Positions 1 through 8,472 of a stretch of DNA of 64,000 nt are shown here, one piece after another (positions within the stretch are counted from its first letter, which is position 1; every line of letters starts with the position of its first letter). A program made the translations under genes and the position numbers. This DNA is from Dehalococcoidia bacterium. GTDB lineage: Bacteria > Chloroflexota > Dehalococcoidia > Lucifugimonadales > JAGWBF01. Location: assembly GCA_965247055.1 (NCBI GenBank), contig CBDFGE010000006.1, forward strand, positions 31,205 to 95,204, written 5' to 3'. Below the pieces are notes generated by a model, which made no database searches, was not told the DNA's origin, and saw only the letters and a list, made by a program, of their open reading frames with translations.

Positions 1-1
1 G

Positions 2-328
2 GTTTCTTTCCACGATGCCTTCAGCCATTTCGCCCGGCAGTACGGTTGGCGGGCTTCGGCCTTCGTGCGGAGCGACGCCGGCGAGGTGACCCCGGGGAGG
101 GTCGTCTCTGTAATGGAGAATATCCGGGCAGATGGCATCCCCCTGGTGTTCGCCGAGCCCCAGCTGTCCTCCGACATCCTGTACCGGGCGGCCGCCGACG
201 CCGGCGTAGGGGTAGGTGCCATCTACTCGGACATCATCGACGACGTTACCTCGTACATCGAAATGATGAGGTTCAACGCCACGAGCTTGTCACGGCTCGG
301 CGTAGAGGAGGTCGTAAGCGTCCCATGA
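2..328 (+). CDS. metal ABC transporter substrate-binding protein, C-terminal fragment (ZnuA/TroA/MntC family); 5' end outside window
   Basis: Frame is open from the window edge (VSFHDAFSHFARQYGW...ENIRADGIPLVFAEPQLSS...), which is typical of the C-terminal lobe of cluster A-I metal-binding proteins. Its stop overlaps the downstream ATPase start (ATGA at 325-328). Confidence 0.75.
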   Translation, partial: VSFHDAFSHFARQYGWRASAFVRSDAGEVTPGRVVSVMENIRADGIPLVFAEPQLSSDILYRAAADAGVGVGAIYSDIIDDVTSYIEMMRFNATSLSRLGVEEVVSVP

Positions 329-1131
329 GCTACGTGAACGGAGGGACACCCGTCCTTGAGGTCAGGGGGCTCTGGGCCGGCTACGGCGACACGGTGGCCC
401 TGGAGGATGTCAGCCTGACAGTGTCCCAGGGAGAGATACTGGGCGTCATCGGGCCCAACGGCTCGGGTAAGTCCACCATGTTCAAGGTCATCCTGGGGCT
501 GCTGACCCCCTGGCGCGGCGAGGTGCTGGCCTTCGGACAGCCCGGACCGTCCCAGCGGTCTCTGGTGGGTTACATGCCCCAGCTGGAGCTGGTGGACTGG
601 AAATTTCCCGTGACCGTGGGGGATGTAGCCCTTATGGGCCGCTACGGGAAGCTGGGGCTTCTGAGGCGTCCTACCAGAGCGGACCGCCTGGCTTCGGAGG
701 GGGCGCTGGAAAGGGTCGGCATCGTCCATCTGCGTAAGCGTCTCATCGGCGAGCTCTCGGGCGGAGAGCGGCGCAGGGTGCTCCTTGCCCGGGCCCTAGC
801 CCACAACCCCAAGCTGCTCCTTCTGGACGAACCTCTGGCGGGCCTGGACGCCACCGCCCAGCACCAGCTGCTGGACATCGTGCGGGACCTCCAGCAGGCA
901 GGGACCACCGTGGTGCTCAGCACCCACGACCTGTCCTGCGTATCGGGCGCCTGCCACCATGCAGCCTGCTTGAACCACCGCCTTGTGGCCTACGGGACCC
1001 CCGAGGAGGTGCTGACGGAGGGCATCCTCAGCGAGACCTTTGGCACCCACCTGCTCATGGTGCACCTTGACGGCCAGGCCTACGCCTACCAGCATCACCG
1101 CCACGACCGGCGAGCCGGCCAGGAGGAGTAG
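325..1131 (+). CDS. metal (Zn/Mn) ABC transporter ATP-binding protein
   Basis: Walker A GPNGSGKST, signature LSGGERRRV and Walker B LLLLDEP. The start was chosen at MSYVNGG (ATGA coupling to the upstream gene). The Arg-rich 93-aa N-terminal extension in the ORF track is rejected. Confidence 0.88.
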   Translation: MSYVNGGTPVLEVRGLWAGYGDTVALEDVSLTVSQGEILGVIGPNGSGKSTMFKVILGLLTPWRGEVLAFGQPGPSQRSLVGYMPQLELVDWKFPVTVGDVALMGRYGKLGLLRRPTRADRLASEGALERVGIVHLRKRLIGELSGGERRRVLLARALAHNPKLLLLDEPLAGLDATAQHQLLDIVRDLQQAGTTVVLSTHDLSCVSGACHHAACLNHRLVAYGTPEEVLTEGILSETFGTHLLMVHLDGQAYAYQHHRHDRRAGQEE

Positions 1132-1139
1132 GCTAGCCC

Positions 1140-2036
1140 ATGGTCGATGCGCTGGCCGATCCCTTCCAGTTCCCCTTTATGCAGAGGGCCTTGATGGCGG
1201 CCGCCCTCGCCGGTGTCGCCTGCGCCGTGGTGGGCACCTTCGTGGTGCTGAGGGGCCTGGCCTTCATGGGCGATGCCGTGGCCCACTCCTCTCTGGCGGG
1301 CATAGCGACGGCGTACCTACTCGGGGGAAGCGTGGTCCTCGGCGCCTTCGCCTGGGCCGTGCCGGCCTCGATAGCCATAACCTACATCAGCCGCCGGACG
1401 CACATCCGCCTGGATACCTCCGTTGGCATCATCTATGCCGGCGGATTCGCCCTCGGCATCATCATCGCCAGCCGGGCGACCAACTACACGGCCGACCTGT
1501 TCGGCTTCCTCTTCGGCAACGTTCTGGGCGCTTCCTGGAACGAGGTCTACGTCATAGGCGCGGTTGCAGGTGTGGTATTGCTGGTGGTGGGCGGCTTCTA
1601 CAAGGAGCTGCTCTTTTCCTCCTATGATGCCTCAATGGCGGCTGCCTCCGGTATTCCCGTTCGCCTTATGCAGTATCTGTTGCCCGTCCTCGTGGCCATT
1701 ACCACCGTGGCCGCCCTAAAGACTGTGGGTATCGTGCTGGTCCTGGCGCTGTTGGTGACCCCTCCAGCTACGGCTGGCCTCCTCGCCCGCCGGCTGCCCG
1801 GCATAATGGCCACGTCGGTGGTGGTGTCGCTGGTCGCCATTGTGGCGGGGCTGTACCTCTCCTTCCATCTGGACCTGCCCACAGGGCCCAGCATCGTCAT
1901 CGTGTCCACGGGGCTGTTCCTGGTGGCGATGCTCCTTTCGCCCTCGAAGGGTCTCGTGTCCCACTGGAGACGCGCCATGCCCGGTCCAATGGCCCGCTCC
2001 CCCACGCCTCCGCCCGGCAGCTTCCCAGCTTCCTGA
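1140..2036 (+). CDS. metal ABC transporter permease (ZnuB/MntC/TroC family)
   Basis: Polytopic membrane protein (FMQRALMAAALAGVACAVVGTFVVLRGLAFMGDAVAHSSLAGIA...), 8 bp after the ATPase gene. It completes an A-C-B metal uptake operon. Confidence 0.88.
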   Translation: MVDALADPFQFPFMQRALMAAALAGVACAVVGTFVVLRGLAFMGDAVAHSSLAGIATAYLLGGSVVLGAFAWAVPASIAITYISRRTHIRLDTSVGIIYAGGFALGIIIASRATNYTADLFGFLFGNVLGASWNEVYVIGAVAGVVLLVVGGFYKELLFSSYDASMAAASGIPVRLMQYLLPVLVAITTVAALKTVGIVLVLALLVTPPATAGLLARRLPGIMATSVVVSLVAIVAGLYLSFHLDLPTGPSIVIVSTGLFLVAMLLSPSKGLVSHWRRAMPGPMARSPTPPPGSFPAS

Positions 2037-2098
2037 GAGTCCGTGGCAAGGGTCTGACCACCGAATCGCCGTGCCCGGACCTGGCCCGAGGCCGTTCC

Positions 2099-2127
2099 TT
2101 GACACCTAAAAGGGTGGACGATATAGT
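2099..2127 (+). promoter_or_regulatory. sigma70-like promoter upstream of trxB
   Basis: TTGACA (2099-2104), a 17-nt spacer, then TATAGT (2122-2127), 25 nt before the trxB ATG. Confidence 0.5.
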
Positions 2128-2151
2128 TACGCCATCGCCAGGGCCCGGCGT

Positions 2152-3096
2152 ATGGGAGGTTCTAGGTTGGCCAACGATTACGACGTGGTGATCGTGGGAG
2201 CGGGCGCCGGAGGGCTAACCGCCGGGATGTACGCCGCCCGCCACGGGCTGAGGACGGCCGTAATCGAGCGGATGATGGGCGGGAACCAGATCATCAATGT
2301 TCAGACCATCGAGGACTTCCCCGGCTTTCCCCAGGGCATATCGGGGGCGGAGCTGGGCCCCCTGATGCAGGAGCAGGCCATGAATGCCGGGGCCGAGTTT
2401 ATTATGACGGAGGCCACAGGGGTCATCCTGGACGGGCCCTACAGGACCTTGGCCACCACCGAAGGCCAGTACAGGGCCAAGGCGCTCATCGTGGCCACCG
2501 GCTCGAGCCTTGCCAAGCTGGGCATTCCCGGGGAAGAGGAGTTCTACGGCAGCGGGGTATCCCACTGCGCCACTTGCGATGGCCCCCTGTTCAACGGAGA
2601 GGTCGTGGGTGTGGTGGGAGGAGGGGACTCGGCAGGGGACGAGGCGCTGACATTGACGGAGTACGCCGACAGGGTCATCCTTTTCCACCGCAGGGACCGG
2701 CTTCGGGCCCAGAAGGTGGTCCAGGACCGTCTTTTCAGCCATCCCAAGGTGGACGTAGCCGTCAACACCGTGGTGGAGTCCGTACTGGGCAACAAAATGG
2801 TCACCGGGGTCCAGGTGCGCAATGTCATCACCAACCTGGTTGACCGTGTGGACCTGTCCGGGCTGTTCGTGTACGTAGGGCTGGAGCCCAACACGGACCT
2901 CGTGCGGGGCATCCTCAAGACCGACAACGCGGGCCACATTCCCGCGAACATCTGGATGGAGACCCAGGTGCCCGGGATCTATGCCGCTGGCGACGTACGG
3001 CAGAGCTCTGCGGCCCAGCTGGTCAGCGCCGCTGGCGACGGCGCCACGGCGGCCATCGCCGCCTACCGGTATGTGTCTGGGCGTCAATGGACCTAA
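2152..3096 (+). CDS. trxB: thioredoxin-disulfide reductase
   Basis: N-terminal FAD motif VIVGAGAGGLTAG, redox-active CATCDG, NADPH motif GVVGGGDSAGDEA and C-terminal GIYAAGDV. Confidence 0.9.
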   Translation: MGGSRLANDYDVVIVGAGAGGLTAGMYAARHGLRTAVIERMMGGNQIINVQTIEDFPGFPQGISGAELGPLMQEQAMNAGAEFIMTEATGVILDGPYRTLATTEGQYRAKALIVATGSSLAKLGIPGEEEFYGSGVSHCATCDGPLFNGEVVGVVGGGDSAGDEALTLTEYADRVILFHRRDRLRAQKVVQDRLFSHPKVDVAVNTVVESVLGNKMVTGVQVRNVITNLVDRVDLSGLFVYVGLEPNTDLVRGILKTDNAGHIPANIWMETQVPGIYAAGDVRQSSAAQLVSAAGDGATAAIAAYRYVSGRQWT

Positions 3097-3150
3097 GGCG
3101 GCGCCAGGACAGGGACACACGTCCACAGATCCAACATCAAGGAGGTAGTT

Positions 3151-4005
3151 ATGAAGGCAACAACGCGACTCAGGCAGATGCTCAACTCGAGTGGGATGGT
3201 GGTGGCGCCCTTCGTGGTGAACGCCCTCCACGCCAAGGTGGCCCATGCCACGGGATTTGAAGCCGTGTACATGACCGGGGCAGGCACCGCCGCGGAGAGG
3301 GGCTTCCCCGACGTGGGACTGATTACCCAGACCGAGATGGTGCAGAACGCCAGGTACATCGTGAAGTCCGTGCCGGTGCCGGTGGTGTGCGATGCCGACA
3401 CCGGATACGGCAACCCCATCAACGTCTTGCGCACCGTCCGGGAGTACGAAGATGCGGGGGTGGCGGGTATTCACATCGAGGACCAGGTCTTCCCCAAAAA
3501 GTGCGGCTTCCTCGAGGGAAAGCTGGTAATCCCCCAGCAGGAGATGGTCCAGAAGATCCGTGCGGCCCTCGACGCCCGTACCGACCCAGACTTCCTAGTC
3601 ATAGCCCGATGCGACGCCTACGCCGTCACCGGGTGGGAGGACACCGTCCGCAGGTGCCGCGCCTACGCGGAGGCGGGAGCGGACATGGTGTTCGTGGACG
3701 GCATCAAGAAGGTGGACGACCTGTACGCCTACGCCAGGGACCTCGAAGACCTCCCCAAGCTCTACAACGGCGACCTGCTCTCCACCCAGGAGGTGGAGAA
3801 GCTGGGCTACAAGCTCATGATCTGCGGTCGGACCATCTGGCTGGTGTATAAAGCCGTCAAAGAGGCTTACGAGGAGCTAAGGGACACCGGCCAGGTTAAC
3901 GCCGAACGGGCCGTGGACCGCTCGGAGGTGTTGAATCTTCTGGGACTGCAGGACACTTACGAGCTAGAGCGCAAGTATGGGGTGCCGGGAGTGCCCGTGG
4001 GGTAG
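3151..4005 (+). CDS. isocitrate lyase/PEP mutase family protein (methylisocitrate lyase / carboxyvinyl-carboxyphosphonate phosphorylmutase-like)
   Basis: DADTGYG metal motif, GIHIEDQVFPKKCGF catalytic loop with Cys, AGGAGG RBS 6 nt upstream. Confidence 0.85.
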   Translation: MKATTRLRQMLNSSGMVVAPFVVNALHAKVAHATGFEAVYMTGAGTAAERGFPDVGLITQTEMVQNARYIVKSVPVPVVCDADTGYGNPINVLRTVREYEDAGVAGIHIEDQVFPKKCGFLEGKLVIPQQEMVQKIRAALDARTDPDFLVIARCDAYAVTGWEDTVRRCRAYAEAGADMVFVDGIKKVDDLYAYARDLEDLPKLYNGDLLSTQEVEKLGYKLMICGRTIWLVYKAVKEAYEELRDTGQVNAERAVDRSEVLNLLGLQDTYELERKYGVPGVPVG

Positions 4006-4007
4006 GT

Positions 4008-4901
4008 TCAGTGGGCGCTCCTCCGGTCCTGGTACGCCTTCTCGGTGGTCTCGGCCTCCACCTGGTAGTACTCGGGCAGACTGATAAGCTGCTCTACCCG
4101 GTTCCTCTGCTCCACGACGGTGTGAGAGTCGATGTCCAGGGAACCGGTGTCTTTTAGGCAACGGTAGGTGTTGTAGATGGCGTTGACCGCCAGGTGTATG
4201 GGCGTCGTGGCGTAGATGATCAGCTGGTAGCCGAGGCCTTCGTACTCCTTGACGGAGATGTCCTCGAGGCCCGCGATCACGATCAGGGGGATATCCCGCA
4301 CGCCCTCCCTGAACCGGGCCAGGTCCTCCTTCTTGCGCGCCCCACGGGGCATCACCACGTCTACGCCCAGGTCCCGCAGGGCACATCCCCGCCGTATCGC
4401 CTCCTCCATGGAGCCCTCGACGGCGGTGAAGGCGTCGGTACGGCCTATGATGACGAAGTCTTTGTCTCGCCGGGCACTGAGCGCATAGCGCATCTTGTCC
4501 AGGAACTCGTCCACAGGTGTGACGTGCTCAAGGCCCATATGATAGGAGGCCCGCTTGGGGAAGACCTGGTCCTCGATATGCATCCCCGCCAGGCCGGCGT
4601 CCTCGCAGGTACGCACGGTGCGCATGGTGTGCACGGGGTCGCCGTAACCAGCACCGGCATCCACGATGACGGGAAGGTCCACGGCGTTGGCCACCTTTCG
4701 CGCGACCTCCACCTGCTCCGTCATGGTCATCAGCGGCTCCGTGACGGCGAGGTGGGCGCCGGACACGTAGCCTCCGGTGTAGACGGCGGGGAATCCCAGG
4801 GACTGCACTATCCGGGCACTGATGGGGTCGTAGGCCCCCGGCGCGACGATGGTCTCCCCGCTATTTAGCCTGGCCCGCAGTGCACTTCGTACCGATGGCA
4901 T
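4008..4901 (-). CDS. isocitrate lyase/PEP mutase family protein, divergent paralog
   Basis: Same fold signature (GMHIEDQVFPKR...), but the motifs are altered: DAGAGYG and no loop Cys. GAGGAGG RBS. Tail-to-tail with the paralog, with 2 bp between the stop codons. Confidence 0.85.
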   Translation of the reverse strand: MPSVRSALRARLNSGETIVAPGAYDPISARIVQSLGFPAVYTGGYVSGAHLAVTEPLMTMTEQVEVARKVANAVDLPVIVDAGAGYGDPVHTMRTVRTCEDAGLAGMHIEDQVFPKRASYHMGLEHVTPVDEFLDKMRYALSARRDKDFVIIGRTDAFTAVEGSMEEAIRRGCALRDLGVDVVMPRGARKKEDLARFREGVRDIPLIVIAGLEDISVKEYEGLGYQLIIYATTPIHLAVNAIYNTYRCLKDTGSLDIDSHTVVEQRNRVEQLISLPEYYQVEAETTEKAYQDRRSAH

Positions 4902-5104
4902 ATCCGACCTCCTCGGCTACTTCCTGAGTCTAACCCCGCTCCGGCCGTCCGGTCTGGGCCGGCCGTCTGCCCTCAGCAGCACCCCATATCTATAGGGGCG
5001 ACTCTCGCTATCTTATTTTGGGCCTGACGCCGTGTCAAGCGAGATGCCGGTCAGGATCGTCCCCGGAGAAACGGTCCCGAGTCGGGGTAACCCCAGCACC
5101 TAGC

Positions 5105-5133
5105 TCGACTGGTAGGGGAACAGGTGCTATATT
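5105..5133 (+). promoter_or_regulatory. promoter-like element upstream of the 5168 ORF
   Basis: TCGACT (5105-5110), a 17-nt spacer, then TATATT (5128-5133). Confidence 0.35.
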
Positions 5134-5167
5134 GGCAGGGATACACTCAGGCAAGGAACGTGCGGAC

Positions 5168-5638
5168 TTGACGGAACCTCTGGGTACCTTCGAAACGGGA
5201 CCTTATCTCCAGGCCGCGCTGTTTTGTGAGCGGGTCCTCGAAGAGAAAGACGACGTCAAGTCCGTAATCCGCATCATCGACCGCATGCGGGTCCAGGCCA
5301 GCGGCACGGGACCTCCCCAGGTGATGCCGGAATTTCAGAGGGACCTGGTCGCCTTTCTGATCTTCAAGTCCGGGGACGCCAGGGGGCCCGTCTCCATCAA
5401 GATCACCCTGACCAGGCCGTCCGGCTTGACCGACGCGAATCCCGTGTGGCATGGGACCGTCCATTTCGAGGGAGGCAGCAGGGGCAATAACCTGACCCTC
5501 CGCCTTCGAATCAGCTTCAGAGATGCCGGCCCTTACTGGTTCAACGTATACGTGGAAGACCGGCTGGCGACGCGGATGCCCTTCGAGGTCATATATACTA
5601 CTCTGGCAACTACCGGGCCTGCCCCGCCTCCGGCATAG
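5168..5638 (+). CDS. hypothetical beta-rich protein (distant paralog of the 56504-56941 product)
   Basis: The ORF-track frame is 5018-5638. I shortened it to the TTG at 5168, which sits downstream of the promoter-like element with AAGGAA 8 nt upstream. No family was recognised with certainty. Architecture resembles the 145-aa protein at 56504-56941. Confidence 0.55.
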   Translation: MTEPLGTFETGPYLQAALFCERVLEEKDDVKSVIRIIDRMRVQASGTGPPQVMPEFQRDLVAFLIFKSGDARGPVSIKITLTRPSGLTDANPVWHGTVHFEGGSRGNNLTLRLRISFRDAGPYWFNVYVEDRLATRMPFEVIYTTLATTGPAPPPA

Positions 5639-5729
5639 CGGTCTGGCGGCGGTGCGAGGCCCATCGTCACGAGGGGCGGGGGGTGGCGTGGTATAATCCC
5701 CACTGGAGCTCTCAGGCACGGAGGTAGAG

Positions 5730-6914
5730 TTGGCCGGAGCCCTGGATGGGATCAGGGTGGTGGACCTGACGCGGACCCTGGCGGGACCCTTCTGCACCAT
5801 GATGCTGGGCGATATGGGGGCCGACGTCATCAAGGTTGAGGAGCCGTCCTTGGGGGACGAGACCAGGGCCTGGAGTCCCCTCTGGAACGGGGTGTCAACT
5901 CAGTTCCTGACTTTCAACCGCAACAAGCGGGGCATCACCCTTAACCTCAGGGACAGGCGTGCGGTGGACATATGCCTCAACCTGGCAGGCCGGGCCGACG
6001 TGATGGTGGAGAGCTACCGCACGGGGACCGCCGACAGGATGGGAATAGGATACGAGGCGGTCAGACGGATCAACCCGCGCGTTGTCTACTGCTCCGTCTC
6101 AGGCTTCGGCAGGACGGGGCCTCTGGCAGACCGGCCTGGCTATGACCTGGTCATGCAGGGATATGGCGGCCTGATGAGCACCACCGGGGAGGATGGCGGG
6201 CCGCCCATTCGCGCCGGATTCTCTCTGGCGGACCTGTTCGCCGGAATGATGGCCTACGGCTCGATTGTCACCGCGCTGTTCGCCCGCGATAGGACCGGCG
6301 AGGGCCAGCTCGTCGAAGCCTCCCTCCTGGACGGGCAGGTGGCTACCCTGAGCTATCATGCCACGGCCTACCTGGCCACCGGGCGCGTACCCGGGCGGGT
6401 AGGATCGGCCCATCCAACTCTGACCCCATACCAGGCCTTCCCGACCCGGGACGGCCACTTTATTCTGGGCTGCGCCAGCGACGGCCAGTGGAAAGTCCTG
6501 TGTCCCACCATTGGCCGTGAGGACCTGGCCGTCGACCCCAGGTTCAGCACCAATGCCGAACGCCTCCGGCACCGCGATGAGCTGGTCTCCCTGCTGAGCG
6601 ACTACTTCCGGACCAGGACCGCCTCGGAGTGGGTGGAGCTGATTAACGGGGCGGGCGTGCCCTGCGGCCCCATCAACCCGGTCTCGGCGGTGGTCAGCGA
6701 CCCCCAGGTGCTGGCCAGAGACATGATAGTGTCCGTGCCCCATCCCCAGGTGCCGGACCTGAAGGTGCCCGGCTGTCCCCTCAAGCTCACCGACATGCCG
6801 CCGGACATCAGGCGCCCCCCGCCTGCCCTGGGAGAGCACAACGTCGAGGTAATGGGAGAGATCGGCTACGGAGGGGAGGAGATCGCCCGGCTCAAAGAGG
6901 AGGGGGTAATCTAG
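5730..6914 (+). CDS. CoA transferase, family III (CaiB/BaiF/formyl-CoA transferase-like)
   Basis: N-terminal LDGIRVVDLTRTLAGPFCTMMLGDMGADVIKVE, with overall length and motifs of family III CoA-transferases. TTG start with a GGAGG RBS. Confidence 0.88.
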   Translation: MAGALDGIRVVDLTRTLAGPFCTMMLGDMGADVIKVEEPSLGDETRAWSPLWNGVSTQFLTFNRNKRGITLNLRDRRAVDICLNLAGRADVMVESYRTGTADRMGIGYEAVRRINPRVVYCSVSGFGRTGPLADRPGYDLVMQGYGGLMSTTGEDGGPPIRAGFSLADLFAGMMAYGSIVTALFARDRTGEGQLVEASLLDGQVATLSYHATAYLATGRVPGRVGSAHPTLTPYQAFPTRDGHFILGCASDGQWKVLCPTIGREDLAVDPRFSTNAERLRHRDELVSLLSDYFRTRTASEWVELINGAGVPCGPINPVSAVVSDPQVLARDMIVSVPHPQVPDLKVPGCPLKLTDMPPDIRRPPPALGEHNVEVMGEIGYGGEEIARLKEEGVI

Positions 6915-7040
6915 CGCACGGGACGCGTCGCGCCGGTGGTCCCTTGACGGGCAAACCTCCCTGCAGTAGAGTTCAGCAGTTGGCTGCTGAGACCAGGTGG
7001 CTCGGCGCCCCCCCCACTAGCAGAAGAAGGAGGTACTCCC

Positions 7041-7415
7041 ATGCCAGCGCGCAACCCTGAAGACGCGGACATCATGGTAGGTCAGGCCGTCACCGCGGGC
7101 GACATAGAGGCTGCCCTGTCCCTCTACGAGCCGGGAGCGACCTTTGTGCCTGAACCCGGGCAGACGGTCACCGGCAGCGATGGGATCCGCCAGGTGCTGG
7201 CGGGTTTCATCGCCACTAAACCCCAGCTTGCCGTTAAAGTGGACAAGGTTATCCAGGCGGGCGATCTGGCGCTGCTTTACTCAAGCTGGTCCCTCAAAGG
7301 GACGGGGCCCGACGGCGGCGAGCTGAACCTGTCGGGCAAGGGGACCGAGGTGGTGAGGCAGCAGGCCGACGGGACGTGGCGCTTCGTGATAGACAACCCC
7401 TTTGGGGTGGCATGA
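7041..7415 (+). CDS. NTF2-fold protein (SnoaL-like/DUF4440, YybH-type)
   Basis: 124 aa with the typical pattern ...DIEAALSLYEPGATFVPEPG...DGTWRFVIDNPFG. AAGGAGG RBS. Confidence 0.75.
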   Translation: MPARNPEDADIMVGQAVTAGDIEAALSLYEPGATFVPEPGQTVTGSDGIRQVLAGFIATKPQLAVKVDKVIQAGDLALLYSSWSLKGTGPDGGELNLSGKGTEVVRQQADGTWRFVIDNPFGVA

Positions 7416-8197
7416 GGCAAGCAAACGACGTGACATCGAGTACGCAACTGCGGCTGGTCCACACCTCGGACATCCACCTGGGCACGGGCAGGAGCGGCCA
7501 GGAGGCGATGGATGCCCTGACAGCGGTGGCAGACACAGTCCGTGACTTGCGAGCGGACATGCTGCTCATAGTGGGCGACCTGTTCGACCATCCCAGGGTG
7601 CCCGACGGCTTGCTGGAGTTCTTTACCAGGCAGGTGGACCGTCTGTCGGTACCGGTGGTGGTGTTGCCCGGCAACCACGACTGCTATGGCGACGACTCGG
7701 TGTACCGGAGAGGGCCATTCCTCGGCCCGCCGGAAAACCTACACGTCATATCCTCCCTCGAGGGGGAGACCATCGCCTTCCCACACCTGGGCCTCAGGGT
7801 CTGGGGTAGGGCGATGGTCCAACACTCTCCCAGCTTCCGCCCTCTGGACGGGATGCCTGACCACGCCAGTGAAGGCTGGTACGTGGCCATGGCCCACGGA
7901 CACTTCCACTACGAGTACGACAGGGACGAGCGGTCGGCACCCATTCTTCCCCAGGAGGTCCTTGCGGCGGAGTGCGACTATCTGGCTCTGGGACATTGGG
8001 ACAGGTACGTGGATGTGTCCCAGGGTGGGGCGAAGGCTTTCTACTCCGGCACTCCCACCATGTGGATGTCGGGTGGGCCTGGAGGTGGCGTGGCGGTGGT
8101 GGAGCTTGACCCGGAGAGGGGCGTTCGGGTAAGACGGGCGCTTCTGAACGGGCGCGAAGAGGATGCGCCGGCACCGGCCGGAAGGGGGATGGAATGA
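7412..8197 (+). CDS. metallophosphoesterase (SbcD/Mre11-like calcineurin-fold phosphoesterase)
   Basis: Motifs LVHTSDIHLG, IVGDLFDH, LPGNHD and AHGH. The start was chosen at the ATG overlapping the upstream stop (ATGA at 7412-7415). Confidence 0.8.
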   Translation: MRQANDVTSSTQLRLVHTSDIHLGTGRSGQEAMDALTAVADTVRDLRADMLLIVGDLFDHPRVPDGLLEFFTRQVDRLSVPVVVLPGNHDCYGDDSVYRRGPFLGPPENLHVISSLEGETIAFPHLGLRVWGRAMVQHSPSFRPLDGMPDHASEGWYVAMAHGHFHYEYDRDERSAPILPQEVLAAECDYLALGHWDRYVDVSQGGAKAFYSGTPTMWMSGGPGGGVAVVELDPERGVRVRRALLNGREEDAPAPAGRGME

Positions 8198-8469
8198 AAC
8201 GGCTCACCCGGAATAAACACGTCTTCGTCCTGGAGCCGGGCGCTACCCCCGCCATCACCATCGCCTCGGGGGAGGAGCTCATAGTGGAGACCTGGGACGC
8301 CTTTGAGGGGCTGAGGGACCCGCGCCAGATCCAGGAGAAGGGCATGGAGCCCTACGACGCCTACAGCCTCCTCAGCCTTGCGGGAGATATCCGAGTGTCA
8401 CGAGCGTTCCGCCCCACCAGTCCGGTGAAAATGATGCTGTCCCGGCGGGTGTTGGAACAGATCGGCTAG
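8194..8469 (+). CDS. acetamidase/formamidase-family remnant (in-frame internally deleted mini-ORF, 91 aa)
   Basis: The N-terminal ~50 aa (HVFVLEPGATPAITIASGEELIVETWDAFEG) and C-terminal ~40 aa (YDAYSLLSLAGDIRVSRAFRPTSPVKMML) match the two ends of ~300-aa FmdA/AmdA proteins. The catalytic core is absent. Confidence 0.55.
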   Translation: MKRLTRNKHVFVLEPGATPAITIASGEELIVETWDAFEGLRDPRQIQEKGMEPYDAYSLLSLAGDIRVSRAFRPTSPVKMMLSRRVLEQIG

Positions 8470-8472
8470 TCT

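Noticed and set aside
46-324. N-terminal extensions offered by the ORF track: 46-324 for the ABC ATPase, 22683-22793 for dnaJ, 48030-48239 for the lipoprotein, 53981-54037 for comEC, 58172-58255 for the VOC protein, and 5018-5167 for the hypothetical protein.
   Set aside because: The extensions are Arg/Gly/Pro-rich and overlap upstream genes or promoters. Family-typical N-termini with RBSs or coupling (ATGA) start further downstream.
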